From positions 1 through 31,197 of the IMG/VR virus record IMGVR_UViG_3300028557_000132: DNA of 31,197 nt; one strand, given 5' to 3'. This document shows positions 25,536 through 31,197 of this stretch, in pieces. Numbering within the stretch: position 1 is the first letter of the stretch; each line of letters begins with the position of its first letter. Below the pieces are notes generated by a model. It was not told the origin of the DNA, did no database searches, and worked only from the letters and a program-made list of their open reading frames with translations. Position numbers and translations under genes: made by a program. Source of the stretch: a virus (taxonomy: Duplodnaviria > Caudoviricetes).

Positions 25536-25657
25536 CCGCTGCCAGCAAAACGGTTTCAAAATATTGCACAAATTGATACCTCACTGACAGCGGCTTTTGT
25601 TTACCCGTGAGGACGCTCTGCCCGAACTAGCTTAAATAAATAAGCTGCCCCCACGGG
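25536..25657 (-). ncRNA. Candidate structured RNA (three-way junction plus long hairpin)
   Basis: CCCGTGGGGGC/GTCCTCACGGG 11-bp stem enclosing AGCTTA/TAAGCT; CCGCTGTCAG/CTGGCAGCGG stem. Non-Watson-Crick pairs in these stems are G-U on the minus strand. Confidence 0.45.
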
Positions 25658-25667
25658 ATTACTTTAA

Positions 25668-26177
25668 TTAATAAGTAGCATTATACTCATCCAATGCTTT
25701 AAAAACATTGATAAAATAATTCTTGTCATTCTGATTGGTAAAGGTCATTTCAAAAGTCGTATAGTCTCTTGCATTTTGGAAGCGAATGGCCTTCATAGGT
25801 TTGCAAAGTTCTTTCCTAAACTTAGCATACAAATCAAACCCAATATCACCTTTACAATTAAAGGCTCTCCAAGATGTCATACTAAATTTGCTACCATCCT
25901 CAAAAATGATAAAAACCTTATCGTTTTCAAAGCAATCACCGATGGTTGAAACTCCGCCCATAGTTGAGTAAGCCCATTTGCTGCCTTCTTTTCTTAAAAC
26001 AGGGTAAAGAGTGAAACCTTTTTTACCATCTTCAGATACCAACAAGGTTGGCTCTACTTCTAGGTATTCTTTACCTGTAAACTCATCTTTTTCGTAGATT
26101 AGTTTAATTGGATTTTCTGATTGCGCAAAGGTGAAAAGTGATACCAATACCATTGCTAAGGTTAATAAATTCTTCAT
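25668..26177 (-). CDS. Secreted/periplasmic protein (moron-like)
   Basis: Bacteroidota-type signal peptide MKNLLTLAMVLVSLFTFA-Q; KDEFTG motif. Confidence 0.75.
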   Translation of the reverse strand: MKNLLTLAMVLVSLFTFAQSENPIKLIYEKDEFTGKEYLEVEPTLLVSEDGKKGFTLYPVLRKEGSKWAYSTMGGVSTIGDCFENDKVFIIFEDGSKFSMTSWRAFNCKGDIGFDLYAKFRKELCKPMKAIRFQNARDYTTFEMTFTNQNDKNYFINVFKALDEYNATY

Positions 26178-26228
26178 AATAATATTGTTCAGAAACCTGT
26201 TCCCGTTTTGGTTAGTTTAAAAATTTAC

Positions 26229-26326
26229 CCGTAAGCAATACGCCCACGGCTATATTGGCTTTATTATAAGGGGTAATGGCTTAAATTTATATGCCAAATG
26301 GCAAGCAATTTTGTAACCATTACCCC
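26229..26326 (-). ncRNA. Candidate structured RNA (two hairpins)
   Basis: GGGGTAATGGTT/AGCCATTACCCC 12-bp stem (26270-26326); CCGTGGGC-gtatt-GCTTACGG (26229-26249). Confidence 0.45.
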
Positions 26327-26344
26327 CGTATCTTGAAAGAACTG

Positions 26345-26497
26345 TTAGGCTTGCCATTGAATATCAATGCCGCATATTCCGTAACGGTAAACGATTACGT
26401 TTAATATCCTTGCGTGCATTTCCGCTTGGGTTTCGGTGTCTGACATTTGGTAAAACATGCCTACTGACTCTCCGTTTACTTTTACTAGTGCTTTCAT
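26345..26497 (-). CDS. Small hypothetical protein (50 aa), first early gene
   Basis: Read manually: MKALVKVNGESVGMFYQ...IQWQA*; follows the repeat promoter. Confidence 0.55.
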   Translation of the reverse strand: MKALVKVNGESVGMFYQMSDTETQAEMHARILNVIVYRYGICGIDIQWQA

Positions 26498-26580
26498 TGT
26501 GGTTTGGTTTAGTGGTTAAGTATAAAACAAAGATACACCTTTAGATAATAGCTAGTATAATTTTACTAAACTATTTTTAG
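26495..26580 (-). promoter_or_regulatory. Early-type promoter and leader (repeat family)
   Basis: -7 TATCTTTG (26528-26535); aaactatttttag at 26568-26580. Confidence 0.7.
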
Positions 26581-26645
26581 AGTATTTACGGGTGTTTAGC
26601 TAAATAGTTGATTATCAATGCCTTTAATTTACGGTTAGGCATAAA

Positions 26646-26921
26646 AAAAGGGGTCGAGCAAAGTCAGAAACACGTGTGCCCAATATGCCCTCTTTTATCG
26701 ACGCAAACAACCTACAACCGTTTATTGATGCGGATTTGAGGGTTGGGCTCAAACAGATAGATTATGCCGAAAAAAACGGGCAAGTAAATAGTGGATACGA
26801 TGCGTTTATATTGCCTCTGTTATGTAGACCAGATAATCCTCAACCTAAAACAGAGCAGTTGTCCATATTTAATTCCAATTTAAAAACCGATCTAGATTTT
26901 AACCCTAAAGAAGATAAATAA
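26646..26921 (+). pseudogene. Deleted remnant of a P63C-domain protein
   Basis: KRGRAKSETRVPNMPSFIDANNLQPFI...GYDAFILPLLC resembles the N-terminal part of P63C proteins, joined directly to a C-terminal-like LSIFNSNLKTDLDFNPKEDK. In-frame stop upstream and no proper N-terminus. Confidence 0.55.
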
Positions 26922-26922
26922 A

Positions 26923-27240
26923 TTATTTAGAGGCAATTCGCAAAAGGTTATTATACTCCTCCGAGTAATTGGAAACTTTTTCTATTTTCATAACCTCTGT
27001 TTTTAGGTCATCTATCTTATCTTCTACTCCATTAAACCCATCTTTAGCTGCGGTTTGTAGTGTTTGTACTCTATTGTCTAGGATTTCCACTTGCTGCTTA
27101 AGGTTCTCAAAGTTACTATCGACAGTTTTAAAAGACTCTACACTATGTTTCCCGATAGTTAATACCAATCCTCTTATGTCATTAACTAAATCTTCCAATG
27201 ACTTAATTCTAGTTTCTAAAGAAGAGCTATTATTTTCCAT
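26923..27240 (-). CDS. Coiled-coil hypothetical protein
   Basis: Heptad repeats; has its own promoter. Confidence 0.65.
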   Translation of the reverse strand: MENNSSSLETRIKSLEDLVNDIRGLVLTIGKHSVESFKTVDSNFENLKQQVEILDNRVQTLQTAAKDGFNGVEDKIDDLKTEVMKIEKVSNYSEEYNNLLRIASK

Positions 27241-27265
27241 AGGTGTTTCTCTTGTGGTGTATTTG

Positions 27266-27298
27266 CAAAGATAGAAGTATTTACATTAAGAAGTCAAA
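27266..27298 (-). promoter_or_regulatory. Canonical Bacteroidota promoter TTTG-N21-TATCTTTG
   Basis: caaagata 27266-27273, caaa 27295-27298. Confidence 0.7.
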
Positions 27299-27383
27299 TA
27301 TCATTCCATTTAGCCTAAACAAGCATATGGTTACCAAATAATTTTATCGTTATTTACACCTACAACTGAATAAACCAATTTAT

Positions 27384-27599
27384 ATGTCAAATCAACCACT
27401 AGATACCCAACAGCTAATTCAGCACTTATTTGACAGCTCTGTTAGGATAGAAGCCATGCTAAAGACTTCAATGGATATGCATTCAGAAATACTAGCAAAG
27501 CTAAATGACAAAAGCGTAGAATATGTTACGGGTAACGCTATAAAGCGAACCAATGAATATGTAATAGCAATAAAGAAAACACTGGGAACTGCAAAATAA
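27384..27599 (+). CDS. Hypothetical protein (plus strand)
   Basis: 71 aa with an A-rich leader; lies where no minus-strand ORF exists. Confidence 0.6.
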   Translation: MSNQPLDTQQLIQHLFDSSVRIEAMLKTSMDMHSEILAKLNDKSVEYVTGNAIKRTNEYVIAIKKTLGTAK

Positions 27600-27600
27600 G

Positions 27601-27735
27601 TTAACCTATAGTTCCTTTGTTAATTATATCAATCAGGTGTTCACTCCCAAGTTTATTATCTATTTCAATCCGTTTCGGTAAACGGTTATTACACAACCAT
27701 ACTACGTTGTAAAAAAAGTTTTTTATTGTTTTCAT
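27601..27735 (-). CDS. Small hypothetical protein (44 aa)
   Basis: Read manually: MKTIKNFFYNVVWLCNNRLPKR...; preceded by AAGGAGG. Confidence 0.35.
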   Translation of the reverse strand: MKTIKNFFYNVVWLCNNRLPKRIEIDNKLGSEHLIDIINKGTIG

Positions 27736-27782
27736 TTTTCCTCCTTATTTTTATCTAGTGTAAACAGGTATATAGTTACCAT

Positions 27783-27812
27783 AAAAAAGGGGGTGCGAAC
27801 CACCACACCCCC
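27783..27812 (-). terminator. Rho-independent terminator after the lysis module
   Basis: GGGGGTGT-ggtggttc-GCACCCCC-TTTTTT. Confidence 0.8.
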
Positions 27813-27834
27813 ACACTAACCAATAAACAACCAA

Positions 27835-28338
27835 CTAAATGAACGGTAAATAGGGCTTGATGTTTCGCCAAAACCTCGCAACTAAATAAATGCAAGTAAC
27901 GATTATGGCAATCCACCACCACCGCTTTAAAGTTAGCAAAACTTTTGAATAAAACCGTTCCCATTTGGAAATAATTATTTCGGGGCACGGTATTTTTACA
28001 CTAATGAACGTAGTGTCTGTCGGGCATTCAATACTAACGCTGTAAGGCACGTAAATACTGTCTACCTTACCACGTGTTATGCGCCACTTAATAACCTCGT
28101 TAGGTTGGCTGTAAATAGTGTCTACGTCAAACCGCCATTGTACTAACGTGTCCGTCTTGTAACCGCCTGTTATTATCGTATCTCGAAATATAACCGTGTC
28201 ACGTGTGCCTATGTCGTATTTATCGGCTAACCGTTCCTGTCGGGCTTGTAGCTTTTGGATTTTCTTTATGGCTCTAGCCTTTGGCATATCCATTACAGCG
28301 CATCCGCTAAATAAGAATAGTAGTATTAGGTATCTCAT
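27835..28338 (-). CDS. Putative unimolecular spanin (lipoprotein with C-terminal TM)
   Basis: Lipobox LFSG-C at residue 13; C-terminal TM WWWIAIIVTCIYLVA; DT-rich beta region. Confidence 0.6.
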   Translation of the reverse strand: MRYLILLFLFSGCAVMDMPKARAIKKIQKLQARQERLADKYDIGTRDTVIFRDTIITGGYKTDTLVQWRFDVDTIYSQPNEVIKWRITRGKVDSIYVPYSVSIECPTDTTFISVKIPCPEIIISKWERFYSKVLLTLKRWWWIAIIVTCIYLVARFWRNIKPYLPFI

Positions 28339-28353
28339 AACGCTAAGTTAGTG

Positions 28354-28389
28354 AAGGTGTAAATAAAGGTGTAAATAAAGGTGTAAATA
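28354..28389. repeat. Three exact tandem 12-bp repeats (AAGGTGTAAATA)
   Basis: Units at 28354, 28366 and 28378; flanked by direct repeats ctaagttagtg (28343-28353, 28395-28405). Confidence 0.9.
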
Positions 28390-28394
28390 ATACC

Positions 28395-29810
28395 CTAAGT
28401 TAGTGTATAATCGGTTATTAATGGCAAGCCGTTACGGTTGGAAATGATAATAAAGCCAGCCGTACCGCTAAAACCTAAATCGTCTGAATAGGCATTGCCA
28501 GTAAACACGCTAGGAACTGTTATTTTGCGGTATTTTGAACTGTCGCACCCTGTTATCCTACTATGCAAATGCCCTGCCAAAACTAGGTTAAACATATCTT
28601 GTTTGCCGTGGTTGAATACTAGCGTGCCTATCTTGCTATCTTTAGAATGTCCTTTGTCGCCATGTACCAAAATGTAGTTGATACCGTCAATGACTTGTGC
28701 GTTCAAACTATGATTATAGGTAAATTTGATAGATTTTAGCGACTCTGATAGCATGAAGTTGATTAACTCGGCTATCTCTCCATTTGTTTCTTCTTTGTTG
28801 CTTGCTGTCGGTCTGTCGTGGTTGCCGCCTACGCTGTTTACTTGGCTTAGATTATGTATTGAGCACAAGAATTCAAGTAGCATTTTATAGGCTTCGATAA
28901 CAACCGTTACCCCGTACATTTTAGACTGCATAGACTTCCAGCTATTCGGGTGGTTTAAGCCTGTGAAACTTTCTATCAAGTCGCCTAAAATATTAATGTG
29001 TACCTCCTTTGCGCCTTGCTGGTTGATTATTTCGGCTATCTCTTTAAGTTTGGCTTTGCACACCTCATTGTTGTAGTCTTGTGTTGCTCTTAACCCTTCA
29101 ACTTGGGCCCCGATGTGTAAATCGGTTATGGTAGCCGCTATGCAATCTATCTTGTAAGGTTCGGGTATTCGGCTAATCCTGTATTTTTCGATTATCGGTA
29201 AATGGTCAAGTAGTGCTGCTTTTAGTTCGTCTCCAAAAAACTTTGACTTTGCCCCTTTTTCAATTTCAGCCTTATACGCCTTTAAGACTTCCTTTTCGTG
29301 TTGCTCTTGCAGTACGTGCCCTGTATCTTCAAGTTTAAGACGTATTTTAGCCGCTACCATACCCTCACGTTCACCTAGTGGCGTATTGTCCCATGTGTAC
29401 GGGCTAAATACGTTAGAGTCTTTATAAAGCTGTAATCTTGTTTTAATGCTGTGGAACTCCCACGGCTTTAAATTATGCTTGTGGCATATCCTACGGGGGG
29501 TGTAATTGCGCCCTTTGTTTGAGTATTCAAAGAATAGCTGGTCTATAAATTCAACCGCTAGGTTAATTACCCCGTGCTTAGTTTGCCAAATGTACTTGCC
29601 GTTTTTTACTTCCCATGTTTCACCGCCTTCAACTTCGACTTGCACGGTCTGTTTGTCACGTTCCCGATAATACACCATTTTTACGTACTTATCCGTAGAA
29701 CCTACTACGTCGGCTATAATGCTAAATTCAGGTGCTTTCGGGGCTTCGTATTTACTTAATTCAGCCCGTATCTTATCGGTTACGTTTTGCTTTTCAAATG
29801 CAAATTCCAT
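28395..29810 (-). CDS. Calcineurin-like metallophosphoesterase with N-terminal extension
   Basis: TDLHIG, LGDLIE, GGNHD, VHGD, AGHLH. Confidence 0.85.
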   Translation of the reverse strand: MEFAFEKQNVTDKIRAELSKYEAPKAPEFSIIADVVGSTDKYVKMVYYRERDKQTVQVEVEGGETWEVKNGKYIWQTKHGVINLAVEFIDQLFFEYSNKGRNYTPRRICHKHNLKPWEFHSIKTRLQLYKDSNVFSPYTWDNTPLGEREGMVAAKIRLKLEDTGHVLQEQHEKEVLKAYKAEIEKGAKSKFFGDELKAALLDHLPIIEKYRISRIPEPYKIDCIAATITDLHIGAQVEGLRATQDYNNEVCKAKLKEIAEIINQQGAKEVHINILGDLIESFTGLNHPNSWKSMQSKMYGVTVVIEAYKMLLEFLCSIHNLSQVNSVGGNHDRPTASNKEETNGEIAELINFMLSESLKSIKFTYNHSLNAQVIDGINYILVHGDKGHSKDSKIGTLVFNHGKQDMFNLVLAGHLHSRITGCDSSKYRKITVPSVFTGNAYSDDLGFSGTAGFIIISNRNGLPLITDYTLT

Positions 29811-29837
29811 CGGTTAGTGGTTTAAAATGAAAATAGC

Positions 29838-30095
29838 CTACAAATGTAAGCCATCACGCAATTCCTTTGCTTTGTCAAGATACCAGCGTTCTTTGGCTAG
29901 GTCGTCTGCAATGCTTTCGCCTTGTTTCTTACCCATTCTCATACGGTATTTAAATGCGTTGCACTCGCAATATGTGGCTACCTTTTCAGCACCGTAAATA
30001 GCTACCATCATTTCGATAGTTTCCTTAGAATAGCCTTTATAGTGGTTTGGATTAACTTTATCGCTGCCAATACTAGAAAGATGGTTATCACTCAT
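29838..30095 (-). CDS. DUF3310 protein (T7 gp1.7-like)
   Basis: DKVNPNHY, ETIE, YCECNAFKY..R.GKK, DLAKERWYL. Confidence 0.88.
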   Translation of the reverse strand: MSDNHLSSIGSDKVNPNHYKGYSKETIEMMVAIYGAEKVATYCECNAFKYRMRMGKKQGESIADDLAKERWYLDKAKELRDGLHL

Positions 30096-30526
30096 AAGTC
30101 ATTGTATGTAATGAAAACCTTTTGCCCTGCGGTAAGCGCTGCTGCAATTGGTGGGTAAATCTTTTTGTAAGCTGCTACGCTTTGCGCGATTGTTTTGCCT
30201 ACCTTAGTTAAGCCTACCAATAAGCAACCCATCGTGTCCCCTTCATGGTTGCCCACGTGGATAAGGATAAATTGGAAGTTCGGCACACCCGTAACGTGTA
30301 GCATACCTTTGTGAATATCTGCAAACCGTTTGGCGTAGTTCATATGAAAACCGCCCTCACGCCTTAATACGACTTCATAACGCCCTGCTGGTATTCTTGT
30401 ATCACCTTTTACCTTTACTTCACGGTGCTCATCTTCTAGGGTGTAGCATTGGTAAATGTCGTTAATATAGAACCTACCAATGGTTTCGTTTTCTAGGTGG
30501 GCATATCGGTCTACTCTTAGTTCCAT
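30092..30526 (-). CDS. DUF5675 protein (candidate endolysin)
   Basis: TIG...CYTLED, KVKGDTRIPAGRY, VPNFQFILIHVGN...DTMGCLLVG. Start set at ATG 30526. Confidence 0.8.
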   Translation of the reverse strand: MELRVDRYAHLENETIGRFYINDIYQCYTLEDEHREVKVKGDTRIPAGRYEVVLRREGGFHMNYAKRFADIHKGMLHVTGVPNFQFILIHVGNHEGDTMGCLLVGLTKVGKTIAQSVAAYKKIYPPIAAALTAGQKVFITYNDL

Positions 30527-30555
30527 GCTGCTAAGATAAGTATTAATGCTTAAAC

Positions 30556-30587
30556 AAAAAAAGGTCTGTCGGTTTTTCCGACTACCC
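30556..30587 (-). terminator. Putative intrinsic terminator
   Basis: GGT-A-GTCGG-aaaaa-CCGAC-AG-ACC-TTTTTTT. Confidence 0.55.
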
Positions 30588-30591
30588 ATAC

Positions 30592-30810
30592 TTATTCCTC
30601 AATATTGTGCAAGTCTTTTTTTGCTCGTTTCTCGTTGTACTCCATTAGCTTTAAACGTAGCGTAATACCGCCAATCATTACGCCAATAACCAACGCCACA
30701 AACTGAAGTATGGGGGTAAGCGTGTCCAGAAACGGTTGTAAAAACGCCCAAAAGCTAGTTACAAAACCCAACGTCGGATGCTTGCGTAAAAAATCTTCCA
30801 CTCTATTCAT
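30592..30810 (-). CDS. Holin-like small membrane protein
   Basis: One or two TM segments and a charged C-terminus; upstream of DUF5675. Confidence 0.5.
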   Translation of the reverse strand: MNRVEDFLRKHPTLGFVTSFWAFLQPFLDTLTPILQFVALVIGVMIGGITLRLKLMEYNEKRAKKDLHNIEE

Positions 30811-30836
30811 GTTTGCGCCCCCCAAAGGCTTATTAG

Positions 30837-31118
30837 TTAAATTTTATTTTTACTCTCAATATACTTTGCTGCGTTCTTTCCCCCGTAGGCAAAAATCCAT
30901 AAACCAAATACCAATGTTACATAGTCGTATCCTATGGTGGTGCTGCTTAATACGGTGGCAATATCACAAGCTGGCACACTTATGCACTTCCACGCCAACA
31001 CAAACATAATACTTGAACCGCTTATCGTTACCCATGAAGCTACCAACACGTTAATAAAACTCATTAACCGTGTCATGCTGTAATTATTCGGGCTTTCTTG
31101 AAAAAATCCTGTTTTCAT
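30837..31118 (-). CDS. Holin-like membrane protein (2 TM)
   Basis: FFQE...SMTRLMSF, two hydrophobic segments, GGK..AKYIE end. Confidence 0.55.
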   Translation of the reverse strand: MKTGFFQESPNNYSMTRLMSFINVLVASWVTISGSSIMFVLAWKCISVPACDIATVLSSTTIGYDYVTLVFGLWIFAYGGKNAAKYIESKNKI

Positions 31119-31121
31119 ATA

Positions 31122-31197
31122 TTATTCTTTAGGTTCAATTAATCCGTTCACGTATTTATACTTGTTAGCGGTATCGCCACAATCAATAAAGTCATTG
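31122..31197 (-). CDS. C-terminal end of an upstream ORF (partial)
   Basis: NDFIDCGDTANKYKYVNGLIEPKE* ends 3 nt before the next ATG. Confidence 0.4.
   Translation of the reverse strand, partial: NDFIDCGDTANKYKYVNGLIEPKE

Noticed and set aside
25604-25657. tRNA gene
   Set aside because: Too short, with no anticodon arm or TTC-RA T-loop; kept only as a generic structured RNA.
26200-26350. Integron attC site (GCCTAAC at the ORF stop followed by a palindrome)
   Set aside because: No matching GTTRRRY at the far end and no integron integrase in the window.
26638-27780. Second IS1595-derived element starting GGCAT near the P63C relic
   Set aside because: No matching right TIR or TSD could be found.
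28354-28389. Possible CRISPR array
   Set aside because: 12-bp units are directly adjacent with no spacers, and no cas genes are present.
572-31009. Plus-strand ORFs in the track (e.g. 572-793, 2102-2410, 4851-5390, 10070-10486, 17000-17368, 30710-31009)
   Set aside because: They are antisense shadows of well-supported minus-strand genes and show no motifs. Only 26646-26921 and 27384-27599 were kept.

Overview
This window is a segment of a tailed dsDNA phage or prophage, almost all encoded on the minus strand. Repeated TAnnTTTG promoter boxes and A/C-rich, mostly SD-less leaders suggest a Bacteroidota host. In transcription order (high to low coordinates) it has: a lysis-type module (holin-like genes, DUF5675, DUF3310, metallophosphoesterase, u-spanin-like lipoprotein); a small accessory island; an early recombination region (YopX, DUF3127, ERF, NinB-like, nuclease, N4/N6 MTase); replication (O-like initiator with internal iterons, primase-helicase); packaging (ParB-like, TerS, TerL); a tail-assembly-chaperone-like gene with a -1 slippery site; a cluster of about 5 glycosyltransferase-like and 2 methyltransferase genes; and neck/tail genes. 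A complete 4,021-bp IS1595-family element (26-bp imperfect TIRs, exact 8-bp TSD) carrying a two-gene BcgI-like restriction-modification system sits in the last codons of the final glycosyltransferase gene. The most notable candidates are the glycan-building cluster inside the virion morphogenesis operon, the IS-borne RM cargo, a kissing-loop RNA leader on the replication gene, structured RNAs flanking a moron, and a split between leaderless late genes and leadered early genes. All family calls come from motif recognition by eye; no database searches were run.
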